Assembly: GCF_009834535.1 (NCBI RefSeq)
Contig: NC_045707.1
Location: 61,196,001-61,260,000 of the forward strand
Direction of reading: 5' to 3'
Length of the DNA: 64,000 nucleotides
Origin: Camelus ferus
Lineage: Eukaryota
Positions within the stretch are counted from its first letter, which is position 1. Every line of letters starts with the position of its first letter. Positions 37,591-49,708 of this stretch are shown piece by piece. The translations under genes were made by a program, and so were the position numbers. A model generated the notes under the pieces. It worked only from the letters and a program-made list of their open reading frames with translations, ran no database searches and was not told the DNA's origin.

Positions 37591-38687
37591 ACTTTTTCCA
37601 AACTGTGAACCATATATCTTATATAGAAGTCTCTAGAATCACTTAAAAATAAGATAAAATGGGAAATGTTTTTTTCCTCAAGAATTGGTAAAAGAGGCCT
37701 TTCTTTCAAATTTAAGCACATTGTCTAGAACCTGGACCTTGGAGAGCTGAGAAGGGACCAGAGGCATGGTCTCAAGGCCGTGCCAGCTTAGGCTGACCAC
37801 TGGGATGGTACCCAGGAGACAGTCTCAGAGGGTACAGAACTGAGCAAACGTGCCAGGAGTGGGGAGACAAGAGGAGACCAGAGAAGAAGGGCTGTGATCC
37901 CTAGAGGAGCATCAGTCAAGAAGCCACATGGGAAGGGCTAGACGAGTCTGAAGGTCAGTGAGAGAAGACCAAGGGGCTGAATGAGAATAATCAGAGGTGA
38001 AAAGAGTCAAATGCAGGCCCAGGCCAAAGGGGGAGCTTCTGGTGAGTCACCCTGTTGGACTTCCTCTGGCAAATGTTTAATGAGTTTTGCTACTGGTATG
38101 AGGCAAACCTCAAAGCAAAAGAAATGCACTCATTCAACTGTTGCAAGACATTACATAATTAATAGAAATCATTTTCTTGTATAGGTTATGGCCACACCCA
38201 GGTTAAAACCCTTGATGAATGTGGTGGGAAAGAAAAGGAATCTAAAATTTATTTTTTTAAACATCAGTGGAAGAAGGCACTCGGAAAGTGTGTTTTCAGG
38301 ACTACCACAGGGTCCCATTAAGGGATTTCCATTGGTCTGGGCTATGAAGTAGAAGCGTTTTTCATCTACATTTGTTGGCACTTGGCAGAGGTGTGCAGTG
38401 AGGTGTGATAAAGATTTTATTAGTAATACTTTATATTTGCATAGCATTTTAGAATTCATAAAATTCTTTCACATGTGTTTTATCTTGCTCACGCAGGGAT
38501 CCCATTTTCTATTACAGTGATTAATTACCACACTGATGAAGATTAAAGTCATTAATATATACCAAATAACTTGTGCAGTGAATTTCAGGGTAGGCAGAAT
38601 AACAAGAAAGATTCATTCTGGGCCGTTAGCTAGGTTTAGAAATCATCAAAACAGAACTTTTAGTAAAGAACTTAAGAAATAATTAAT

Positions 38688-38894
38688 CCTGCCTTGTCCA
38701 ATACAGCAACCACCAGCCTCATGTTTGTTTTAAATTTAAAATGATTAAAATTAAATAAAATTAAAAATTCAGTTCTTCAGCGTAGTACCCACATTTCATG
38801 TGTTGTTCAGTATGGCTAGTGGCTACCATGTTGGATAGCACAGCTCTATAAAATCTTCTTGGCAGAAAGTTCTATTGAACAGTACTGATCTAGA
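38688..38894. mobile_element. MER3-like hAT DNA transposon nested in a MIR3-like element (~38630-39060)
   Basis: gtccaatacagcaaccaccagcc...ggctagtggctaccatgttggatagcacag...gaaagttctattgaacagtactgatctaga. Confidence 0.8.
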
Positions 38895-40514
38895 CAAATT
38901 CCTTCTCATTTTCAGTGGCTGAAACACATTTGTGAAATGGAATTTAATTTTAGAGCTGAGGAATTTGAGGCCCAGAGAGGTTATATGATTTTCACAAAGT
39001 CACACAAGAAATGAACCCAAATCTCCTGACTTCTGTGTGGGTTATCATTTCAATACCTCACACCACCAAACTTTTGCTTGTATGTCTGCTCTTGAATAAG
39101 AGAGGGTTGGATACTCTAAAATAGCAAGTAATCAAACAATCATTTACTTTTTTATTTGTGTTCTACACTTATATTTGAAGTTTGGCAGAGCTAAAGTCCA
39201 GAAATTTCTCTTCTAACAAAACAATGATGTCACACTGTAAAGAAACAAGCCACTCTACTCCATGCTGGGACTAGACAGTTTGTTCTTAGGTCAACAGCAA
39301 AATAGGCAGAGCTGCCCCCTCTTAAAACATTCCTGGAGCGCCAGGTGGTAGAGAGCCTGGATTTTCAAAGGTTGCTCAGCAGGGCTTTGAAAATTAAAGA
39401 GAGCCTAGATGAGATGTGGGGAAAGCATGCAATTACATTTGAGAAGGTGCAACCTTTCAACTGGGTGAATTCTTGATGAGACAGCAAAGTGAGTCATTAA
39501 ACAGTAGGCTGTCAATGAAGTTGAGACCCAGATTTTCCTTGGATAAACTGCCATGCCAATAAATTAACCACCCAAAGAAACCACGGGAGCACCCTTGGTA
39601 AATTCTTGAAACTGTTTTTATTAGAGGCTCACATCCTTATTTTTTCTGAAAATAGTAGGGAAAGGAGTAAATGTATATTGAAGAGTTGCTAATGAAATTC
39701 AAAGGCACTTTAGAAAAACAACTCATTATGGAGAGTCATTTTGGAAGGTCGATGCTTTACAGCCCCTTTATTGGCCTCAGTGAAAAACGATCACTTCCGC
39801 ACTTGAATTTTGGTAAAAGTTGTTTTTCCTGGACCACTGTTAAATTTCATCCAGCTTTTGGCAGCAATTGCCTTCCTGGACCCTGCTGGAGTGCTGGCGG
39901 GCATGTTACATCTTCCACGGCACAACAACTGTTCTATCAAATTCTGGGAGAGCAGCCTATTTTTGTTACCAGACGCTAGGGGATGCGTGACATGTCATTA
40001 ACCTTCAAAACTGGCTCAGCACAAGAGTATTGTCAACAGATGGTGACTCTGATTCTCTCTCTCTCCTCTCCCTGCCTGCCTCCCCCATCCCCAGGATATC
40101 TTCTGGCACAAAATGCTCACTGGTTTCAAAGGGAAATGCGTGTGTATGTGTGTGTGTGTAAAGCAGACATTGTGGAATGTGGAACAAAGACTGAAGCAAG
40201 CTTTCTTATATTTGTAATTGAGGCTTATAGAAATTAAATGGCATAATAAACCATCAACAGTGTTCATCTGTAAAGTCAGGCTAACTGATGAAATGAACGC
40301 CCACACCAAGTACAGGCTGGTGAATGTCAGGGAGGAACGGCTTGGGTACCAGGTAGAAGAGCTGAAAGCCAGCATTGGACTTAGAATTTGGGTCTAGCCA
40401 TTTAACTTTCAAAGCTCTCATTCTGCCTTTTTAATTTTTATCAGTAGCAATCAATAGTAATTAGGATATTAATTATCAACCAACCCCCAAAATATCCTTG
40501 AAAAGAGGAAGTTG

Positions 40515-40760
40515 ATCGATTTATTCAGCAATGTGTATAGCATGTTTACAATATACCAAGCATTATGCTAGGCTCTAGGGATAAAACAAGAAAGAAACCA
40601 AAGTGCCTGCTTGGAGGAGAAAAACTAGGCAACAGAGGACTGCAATACAGCTCTGAGAACTTCCCATGGAAATACACAGGAGGAAGGCAGAGATCTGCAA
40701 CCAATGGGCACAAGGATGCCATGGGATGCAGTTCTAGAGGGAATTTAAGAAAACATGTAA
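40515..40760 (-). mobile_element. L2 3' end
   Basis: atttattcagcaatgtgtatagcatg...taccaagcattatgctaggctctagggata. Confidence 0.65.
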
Positions 40761-40791
40761 ATGTGTCACATCTTCCCAATGCATCAGTTTT

Positions 40792-41499
40792 ATTTATTTT
40801 TTTAAACATTTTTTTTTATTGAGTTATAGTCATTTTACAATATTGTGTCAAATTCCAGTGTAGAGCACAATTTTTCAGTTATACATGAACATACATACAT
40901 TCATTGTCACATTCTCTTTTGTTGTGAACCACCACAAGATTCTGTATATATTTCCCTGTGCTACACAGTACAATCTTGTTTATCTATTCTACGTTTTGAA
41001 ATCCCAGTCCCATCCCACCCCTTGTCCCCCCGGCAACCACAAGTTTGTATTCTTTGTCTATGAGTCTGTTTCTGTTTTGTATTTATGTTTTTTTTGGTTT
41101 GGTTTTGTTTTGTTTTGTTTTAGATTCCGCATATAAGTGATCTCATATGGTATTTTTCTTTCTCTTTCTGGCTTAGTTCACTTAGAATGACATTCTCCAG
41201 GAGCATCCATGTTGCTGCAAATTGTGTTATTTTATTATTTTTAATGGCTGAGTAGTTATTCCATTGTATAAATATACCACATCTTTATCCAGTCATCTGT
41301 TGATGGGCATTTAGGCTGTTTCCACATCTTGGCTATTGTAAATAGTGCTGCTATGAACATTGGGGTGCAGGTGTCATTTTGAAATAGGGTTCCTTCTGGA
41401 TATATGCCCAGGAACAGGATTCCTGGGTCATATGGTAAGTGTATTCTTAGTCTTTTGAAGAATCTCCATACTGTTTTCCACAGTGGCTGCACCAAACTG
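40792..41499 (-). mobile_element. Young 5'-truncated camelid L1 with perfect 16-bp TSD
   Basis: The TSD ccaatgcatcagtttt is at 40776-40791 and 41500-41515. ORF 41256-41495 (-) encodes the L1 ORF2 C-terminus (VQPLWKTVWRF...PYDP...[13 protein letters not shown]). Confidence 0.95.
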
Positions 41500-41864
41500 C
41501 CAATGCATCAGTTTTGTTTGATTGGACCTCTAAACCATCTATGTTAAAATAAAACATGAGTTAAAAAGTAGAAATAAATTTTCACATAAACGTCTTTCAT
41601 TTAGCCCAGTAACTGGTTCATTCTCCATTCTCCTAATGAAGACTTTTAAAAATTTTGAGATCACTCGCTTAGCACACGATCATTAGCTTTTCGAACAGGA
41701 GTCACTGAAGCCCTCATGGGCCCTTTAGTGCCACTTTGCCCTCAGGGTTAGGAGTATCCAGCATCACACTCTTTCACATTCATCCAGCACTGGAAGTGCA
41801 TTTAAATAGTAATTCAGTGGACTCTGCATCTCACGGTAAACCAGTGTGCCACACTCACAGAAGA

Positions 41865-42015
41865 GAGGAGGAGAGTGATGCTCTGTAAGATTCATGCAAG
41901 ATTAGTCCATTCCAGTGATGTTTTCAAAGTCACAGAGCTGGGAAGTGACAGGATCAGACTTAAGGGTTTTCTGACCCCAAATCCATTATTCTTTCTACTA
42001 AATCATACTGCCTCT
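41865..42015 (-). mobile_element. MIR fragment
   Basis: ttcaaagtcacagagctgggaagtgacaggatcagac...ctgaccccaaatcc. Confidence 0.65.
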
Positions 42016-43354
42016 CTACACAGTAATTAAAGATGACAAGACCTTGGTCGAAGAGCTGTAGCCTTTTTTGTGGCTTATATCCATTTTCTTGCTATCTCTT
42101 TGCAAATGGAGAGTAAACATGAGGAGGATAGACCTTGGATGATGTTGATGTGAAGGTCTTGAGAGGCTGGGTGAGACAGAACACTCTGCTTAATATCTGG
42201 GAACACTTAGGAAAAACGGCGAGGAAATTAATGAAGGAGGGGCTTAGTCAGAGGGAGGATAGTGGTGACACTTTAGAGGATCTAGCGTGAAATATTTCAG
42301 GATCTGTTGCTGGACTTTGGTTCACTGGTTAGACGACCTTGACGCACATTGTAGTTCTTGTTCTCCCGCTGATGGCTCGTGACCTTGGCCATGCTGTTTG
42401 GACTTTTCCATTCATCAAAACTAAAGTACAATACTATATAAATTAGCCAACATTGCTGACATTTTGGAAGAATATAGCATCAGGAAAACATGTAAAATTC
42501 CCTATTTTAAATTAGGTAATCTGGAAGTATCATGTGCCCTGTGGATGCTGACTGAAAAACAAAACAAAGGAGGCTGAGACGTATTACTGGGCAATGCTGA
42601 ATTTCTGATTTGCTTACACATATTTGACATGTACCTCTGTCATTTGCTTGTAATAATTGCAGACTTGATTAAAATCATAAACTCTTAAAATTTAGGATTT
42701 ACAATGTAAATGGCTGAGACTAAGAAGGGACAAACTAAAGAAGCCACAGTATGCCTGCCAATTATTGTTGGCAGGAAATGGGATGACTCATCCTGAACAT
42801 GTGCTTTCATTGCCTGGGACAGTGGGGCATGGTGAAAATGTCCAGCTGATTGACTATTGTGGACATTTTTGTCATTCAGTGTGTAGGAGACCGTCGAAAC
42901 GCAACCACAGGCTAGTAAGAATGCCAAAGGGACCCAATGCTTTCATGTGAGAAAACTGATGATAAACATTTGGAAAATGACATGGATGGTTTGAAAATAA
43001 TTAACAGATGTGCCGTGTACTAAAGGAGACTATGTGTGATGGATCCCAGGGAAGGAGAGGTGGAGAAATGCCAGAATTTAGGAGGGAAACTTAATATTGT
43101 CAATGGAAAGCATTTACCCTTTACCAAGAGGGAGGAAATAAGGAAAGTTACTAGGGAGAAATAAACAAACGTATTTTGGTTGCAGGAGGATCGGGACATT
43201 TCTGAAGTTTTTCCTTCTCCCTGATAGGGTATTATCTCCTGTCTGGTACCTCATCCTGTAAAAATATCTGACGAATAGAGAGGAAAAGAGGTATTAACTT
43301 GGTTTAACCTCCATGAACTGGCCCAGAGTTAGTGAGAAACTTAAAAGGACTTGG

Positions 43355-43962
43355 AGACATGTGTGGGGATAGGGCGGTATCTGGGAAATCTCTGTACCTT
43401 CCACTCAATATTGCTGCTGTCGACTGAAATAAAATACACAACCTAAAAGTTGAGAGTTATGTTTTATTTGGTGGACTTTCTGAGGACTCAGCCTGGGATG
43501 AAGCCTCTCTAAGGGCCCGCTCTGAAGAGGTAGGGGAGGAGCCAGGATATATAGGAGTTTTTATGACAAAGACCAGGTAGTCAGAACATCAAAAGATTAC
43601 TGTTAATTAAAGAAAAACCAGACATCTCAAGTTAAAGAATTTAGCATTTTTCTATATATGGGAAGTTGCAAATATTTGGGCTCATTGAAATCATTCCTTT
43701 GATATGCACCTGGCTGTCTAGGGCCAGTGTCCTGTTTTTTTACATCCTGAGTTCCCTCAGGAGGCACCATCAGGGGTGGCTGTAGAGGCAGGGCTGCCTG
43801 CTTGTCTGCACCCTGAGTTTCCTCCACTCACTGTCGGGGGTGGCGGTAGCGGCTGATGACTTGATGGCTGCAGCATCCTTTGTTTACTGATACGGTTGGC
43901 AGTATTTTTCATTCACATTGCAAAACTAAAACAGCTCTAAAAAAAAAATGTCTATTAAAAAA
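43355..43962 (+). mobile_element. Short L1MB/MC-type 3' end split by the LTR at 43418-43917
   Basis: gggaaatctctgtaccttccactcaatattgctg on the left, then aaaactaaaacagctctaaaaaaaaaatgtctattaaaaaa on the right. Confidence 0.75.
43418..43917 (-). mobile_element. ERV1 solo LTR (MER41-like, laurasiatherian)
   Basis: TG...CA termini with a 4-bp TSD (ctgc/ttgc). AATAAA lies on the minus strand at ~43464 and a TATA-like motif at ~43547. The family is recalled from consensus. Confidence 0.8.
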
Positions 43963-45399
43963 GGGGGTGGGGGGTGCTGGGGTTGTTGACAAAGTCTGTG
44001 ATTAAGGCAATCCTGGTTTGGCCAGAGGACATTCACTGAAGCTCAGGTTTTGTTCCTAACCTGTTCTGTAACCTGAGGGAAGTTTGCCTTTCTGGGCCTG
44101 TGTTTCTGTATCTATTAACGAGAAGTTCCCTAAGATTATCCTCAAGGACTTTTCCAGCTGGAAAATGCTGTGATTCATGGGAGGAGAAATATCCGTGTAT
44201 GTACAACAATCTCCAAGGGAAGCACAGTTTTGCCAACAAATGAATACCCCAAGTTATTTTGCCATTTCCCCCAGGAAATCTGCACTCTGCTATTAAAGGT
44301 TAGCAATAACAGGTGTGCTGTTGGGGGCGGGGCATGTCCTGAAGGACTTGATTATTGTGAGTGGGGAAAGGGGCTATAGATGAAGAGGATTAGTCATAAA
44401 GTTTGTGCTGGGGATCACTTTTCACTGTAACCTTATCCATGGGGTCCATGGGGAGATCCTAGATTTGCATTTTCTCATTCAGTTTGCAGCCCAGAAAACA
44501 TTTGTTCACTCAAGGGCCCCCTTTGTAAAGAGTGCTGCATACGTCCAGAATTGTAAAACGAAAACACAAGAGGTGGGTAGCCAGAGTCCTGCAGCTTGTT
44601 CCACAGCAGAGTGAACATTAGGCATCCTCCCCTGGTCTGCAGGAATGCAAGCGGATGTCGCCTTTGAAAGCAAGCCCGCCGTTTCCCGCATACACTCCTA
44701 ACAACACCATATTGCTTGAATGTTGCAAGAAAACGATGCAGTGTAAAGAAACACTCAAGCAGAAGGAGTCTTTTGTAAACAAATCCTTGCAGCGATCTTG
44801 GATGGTCTCTAAATATTCTCCCGATTCATTCCCTCAAACATTAGAGCATCTGTTCGTGAGCCAGCAGAGTTTTTCATTTGGAATCATGGCACTCTGCAGG
44901 CAGTTTACAGGGAAGAAAGTCTTTTATCTCAGCTTTCAAAAAGCTCCATTAGGCAGATCCTTTTTCTTCTTTCCCGAACAGACCCCTGATTATTTGGGAG
45001 GAGGTAAGTTCTTGACAAGTGCTCTTCCCAAAGGCACTGCATTGTAATTCAACCCCCGGTAACTTGACTAGCTTTTGACATTATCAGATGGGAAGAGAAG
45101 AACACTTCTGCCTGAGGCTCTGGCCGCAAAGGTGAATGTTAAGAGCAGAGCCCTGCTGTGCCCCTCTCTGCAGGGTCCTCACTTCTCAACAGCTCATTTC
45201 AATTTTTATGTTCAAGCTGCATGTAGAGACCTATCAGATAGCACAAGACACAGATGTTGGCTGCTTGACTCAAAGCTCCAAGATTTGAGAATATACGAAT
45301 ATTGGTATTTGTGTGGCATATATCTTGCAGTTCCTGGGATGGTCTTGATTTCAGATTATTTTTCTTGGTCTTTGATAATGAAAATGTATTCTTTTACAT

Positions 45400-45535
45400 C
45401 AGTGGTTCTCGAACTTCAGTGTACATTATAATCATCTGAGGGTACTTATTAAAAACGAAGATTCACGTGCCCTTTTGCCCAGAGCTTCTGATTCAAAAGA
45501 TGTAAGGTGGGACCAGACATTTTTATTTGACACTT
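45400..45535. mobile_element. MER5A-like DNA transposon
   Basis: cagtggttctcgaacttcagtgtacattataatcatctgaggg...cccagagcttctgattca. Confidence 0.8.
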
Positions 45536-45540
45536 AAATC

Positions 45541-47190
45541 TTTTTATTGAGGTGTCACATACCCAACGTGAAGTGCTCTCATCTTAAGTTCACAGTTCAA
45601 TGGAATTTTTAAATAATTTTTAGGTTTAGAACAAAATTGAGAGGGAGGTACAGTTACATGCCTCAAAACCCATATGGCCTCCCCCATTATCCACATCATC
45701 CACCAGAATGGTACATGTTCTACCAGGCATGAACTCACACTGACACACTGTAATCACCCAAAGGTTGTAGGTTACCTGAGAGTTCACTCTTAGTGTTATA
45801 CATTCTATGGATTTGAACAAATGACATTTATCCATTATTTTAATATCATCCAGGGTATTTTCACTGCCCTAAAAATTCTTTGTGCTCTGCCTTTTCATCT
45901 CCCCAAGCCTCCAACCCTTGATTTTTTAATTGTCTCCATAATTTTACATTTTCCAAAGTGTCCTATAGTTGGAATTATATAGTAGGTAGTCTTTTCAGAT
46001 TGTCTTCTTATAATTAGTAATATGTATTTCAGACTCTTCCTTGTCTAAATGACTTGATCCTCATTTTTTTTTAATGCTGAATAATATTCCATTGTCTGTA
46101 CGTAGCGAAGTTTGTTCATCTATTTACCTACCGAGGGACATTTTGGTTGCTTCCAAGTTTTGACAACTATGAATAAAGCTGTTATATACATCCACGTGCA
46201 GGTTTTTGTGTAAATCTAAGTTGTCAATTCCTTTGAAAGAATACCAAGGATTGCTGGAGCATATGATAAGACTATGTTTAGTTTTATAAGAAATCACCAA
46301 ACTGTCTTCCAAAGTGGCCGTACTATTTTGTATTCCTACCAGCAATGGCTGAGAGTTCCTGTTGTTCCACATCCCCGTCAGCATTTAGTGTTGGCTTTGT
46401 TCTGGACTTTGACCGTTCTTCTTGGTATGTAGTGATATCTCGTTGTTGTTTTAATTTGCATTTCCCTGTTGACAATTGATGGGGAGCGTCTTTTCATACA
46501 CTTATTTGCCGTCTCTATACCTTCTTGGATGAGGTGTCTGTTAAGGTCTTTGATCCATTTTTCAATTGGATTTTTGTTTCCTTATTATTGAATTTCAAGA
46601 GCTCTTTGTATATTTTGGATAGCAGTCCTTTATCAGATATGTCTTTTGTAAATATTTTCTCCTAGTCTGTGGCTTGTCTTCTAAATCTTTTGACACTGTC
46701 TTTCGTAGAGTAGAAGTTTTAAATTTTAATGAAGTCCAGCTTATCAATGATTTCTTTCCTGGATCTTGTCTTTGATGTTGTACCTAAAAATCATCCCTGG
46801 GGCAGTTTCTATTCGTGAGTCTCTGCTCCAGTAAGCTGTAGCTCCCTTTATTCTGCTACCTGTCTCTCCAATCTTAAGGGCAGCAGTTTGCCCTGTGTCC
46901 TTGCCTCTCTTACAGACCCAAGAAGAGTTGTTGATTTTTCAGTCTGTTCAGCTTTTTTACTTGTTTTTAGGGTGGAGTGGCAAATTCCAAGCCCCTGACA
47001 TGAAGAAATGGAAACCGGAAATCTTCCAGTATAATGAGTTTTTACATATGTATACATCCGTGTACACAGCCACCATCCAGAGAGAGCTGTGGAATGTTCC
47101 AGCACCCCAGAATGTTTGCTCATGCCCCTTCCCAGGCCACCTTTACCCGACCCGGCCCTGAGATAACCACCATTTTAATGATTCTAAGAG
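45541..47190 (-). mobile_element. Older L1M 3' end (45541-45610 and 47025-47190) split by a nested L1MC
   Basis: ttttattgaggtgtcacatac...cttaagttcacagttcaatgga resumes at cagtataatgagtttttacatatgtatacatccgtgtac. Confidence 0.7.
45611..47024 (-). mobile_element. L1MC-type element with 3'UTR, ORF2 end and 5' end, middle missing
   Basis: 3'UTR taggtttagaacaaaattgagagg; ORF2 remnant (ORF 46124-46384); the 5' end on the minus strand reads gatttccggtttcc...aacaagtaaaaagctgaacagactgaaaaatcaacaactcttc. The TSD is degenerate. Confidence 0.8.
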
Positions 47191-47589
47191 TCTGCCATTT
47201 TAACCAGCAGCTCAAGTGAACTGGATGTATATGCCTTTCTTGGTTCTTTTTTTTAAATTAGTGGATTTAGTACCATCATCAGGAAAAACTCACCTATAGT
47301 TCTGAGGCTGAAACTAGTAGAAATAGTCACATAATGGATAAACTTCACATCCCTATCAAATGAACCTTCCCCAGAGATTTAGGAAACCCCCAAATCCAGA
47401 GGAGGCTGCCAGGCACAGAAAATCATGCCTGGAATGTGACTGATGAAAAGAGGCTGATGGAAAAGCTATGCTAGGGTGTTCGGTGGTGTCTTACCAAAAT
47501 CAGTCTTGAAAGTAGGCAGTTTTAATGTCTGTCAAGCACTACTATCCAGGCGGAGGGTATTTTGATTCCATAAAACTTATTTTTTTTTA

Positions 47590-47895
47590 ACTAGAAACAG
47601 TAATAGTTAATATTCTTTGAGCATCTTAATTAATTCTCACAACAGCCCTATTAAGATAAACTCTTCCCAGAAAACCAACATCGATTCTTTGGTTAGGAGT
47701 AAAATAGCACGAACATTTATTGACTGTTTCCTATGTGACAGTTGTTATGCTTGGTGCTTTAAATGGATTTTTTTTTCTTTATTTCCATATTTAGAAGAGA
47801 GAAATAAGCAGTAGTGAACTTTCCCACAGTCACTAGTAGGTGGTAAATGAGCTCTGAAGCCAACCTAAGTCTCACCCGTATTTTAATCTCTTAGC
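47590..47895 (-). mobile_element. MIR fragments
   Basis: taattctcacaacagccctat and aacatttattgactgtttcctatgtgacag. Confidence 0.55.
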
Positions 47896-48211
47896 TTCTG
47901 TGCAGGACTGTTTTCTTAGAGAAAAACAATCCACTAATTTCTTAGCTTGGTGGAACTCTGATGTCTTGAGATTATGCAGTTTACTTATTTTAATTAAGCC
48001 TTTTGATGGATAATTTGGAGATCTGAATATTCATGCCCATCCAAAGGCATAAATTCCTACAAGGAGATAACTTCCAACGCAGGCTCATAAATTGGCACTC
48101 TGGTTTATACATCAGAATCTTGTGAGTTTGGTCAGTGTGTAAATGGGCCCTAAAGGGCTGAACAGTTCTTTGCACCATGATAAAAGTTAAGTTTTGAAAC
48201 TTGAAAGCCTG

Positions 48212-48300
48212 TGTGTGAACTCTTTGTATTTTCTGCTCAATTCTGCTGTGAACCTGAAACTGCTCTAAAAAAATTAAGTCTATTAAAAATAAAAACAAAA
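48212..48300 (+). mobile_element. 89-bp L1M 3' terminus with 15-bp TSD
   Basis: ctcaattctgctgtgaacctgaaactgctctaaaaaa plus an A tail. The TSD copies are aaacttgaaagcctg (48197-48211) and aaacttgaaaacctg (48301-48315). Confidence 0.85.
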
Positions 48301-49094
48301 AAACTTGAAAACCTGAGGATAATAGCTGACCCAGGGTGATTTCTCCATGATATTATCAGCAAACTCAGTTCCCTCTCCTAATTAGCTCACCACTATGCTT
48401 TATTCCCTCCAGTCCCACAAGGGTTCCTGTAGTAAAGGTTTTACACACTCAATTTTTCTTACTTAAAAAATCTCAAAGAAGGAATATAGATTCAAGAGAA
48501 AAATGTATTCTTTATTCCCTTTTGTCATTACAATATGCATACAGTGACAGTGAATGTTACTATTTAAGGTTCTGGTCTCACTGTTTTACTAGTTGTACCG
48601 TAAATTTTCGTGGGAAAAAAAATCATCTCAAGGATTTCTAGGCAGGTCAAATTTCTTTTAGAAACAAGAGTTACAGATGCCGTAATGTCCATGAATAATT
48701 CCAATTCCTTTTGCTTAAGCAAAATCCAAGTGTGTTCTCATAAACAGCTGACCCACACTAGTCTTTTTTTTTTCCTTTGCAGTTACATTTCCACTCAGAG
48801 CATACCTGGTCCCTTTTAAATGTCTCTGTCATCACTCACAGAGAAGGAACAAATGCCCTTTCACTGTAACACCTTTCCTTAGCTCTAACCTTGAACTCCA
48901 TCTGTGGATTCTGGCGTTCATCAGTATAAAGGGCAGTTTGATCTCAGTATCAGCAATAATTCTATTGCATGGGGCTACTAATTCTTATGGGTCTATCTAG
49001 GTTTAAGGTAAATGCAGTCTTGTGGCCTGTGAAGCAATGTAACAGGGAGTTAGGAGCTCCCATATCCATTTGGAATTTATTCAGCCATATAGCT

Positions 49095-49225
49095 ATTATT
49101 CCACTAGAATATATGCTCCATGAGTACAGGGAGTTTTATGTTTTTGATCACTCTGTGTCCGCTGGTATCAGTGCATAAAAAGTGCTATATAAATATTTAT
49201 TGAATGAATGAATGTATGAATGAAT
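49095..49225 (+). mobile_element. L2 3' end
   Basis: ccactagaatatatgctccatgagtacaggga...aaatatttattgaatgaatgaat. Confidence 0.85.
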
Positions 49226-49271
49226 CCATCCATCCATCCATCCATCCATCCATCCATCCATCCATCCATCC
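49224..49271 (+). repeat. (ATCC)n microsatellite
   Basis: About 12 perfect atcc units directly after the L2 (GAAT)n tail. Confidence 0.95.
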
Positions 49272-49416
49272 AATGTTTACCACCCCTTCTCAGCTAAAGT
49301 ACAAGCATCTTTAGGTGCATAGAAGTTCCTCTGAAATGACTAAAAAGCAGCTCCCTTGTTTGGCCATTCCATACAGCTCTAGTTCAAATAAGAACTAAAG
49401 TATATCAGACTACCGC

Positions 49417-49475
49417 TTGCTTGCTTTTCTTTCCTTCCTTCTTTCTTTCCTTCTTTCTTTCCTTCTTTCTTTCCT

Positions 49476-49519
<44 letters not shown>

Positions 49520-49708
49520 TGAGGGGAGAGGGAGGGATGGAGGAGGTGAGGGCGGATGGGAGGGAGGGGGGGGAGGGAGGGAGGGAGGGAGGGAGGTGAG
49601 AGGAGAGGCAGAGATGAAGGAATGAAGTCCTTCCTTCTTCTTCCTTCTTACCTTCCTTCCCTTTTCCTTTCTTTCCTTTCTTTCCTTTCTCTCTTTCTTT
49701 CTTTCTCC
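49417..49708. repeat. Compound (TTTC)n / (GGGA)n / pyrimidine-rich low-complexity block
   Basis: Pyrimidine tract at 49417-49520, purine/G-rich tract at 49521-49625 and a second pyrimidine tract at 49628-49708. Confidence 0.95.

Noticed and set aside
43418..43917. Interferon-gamma-inducible enhancer, as reported for MER41-type LTRs
   Set aside because: I found no TTCNNNGAA GAS motif in this copy.
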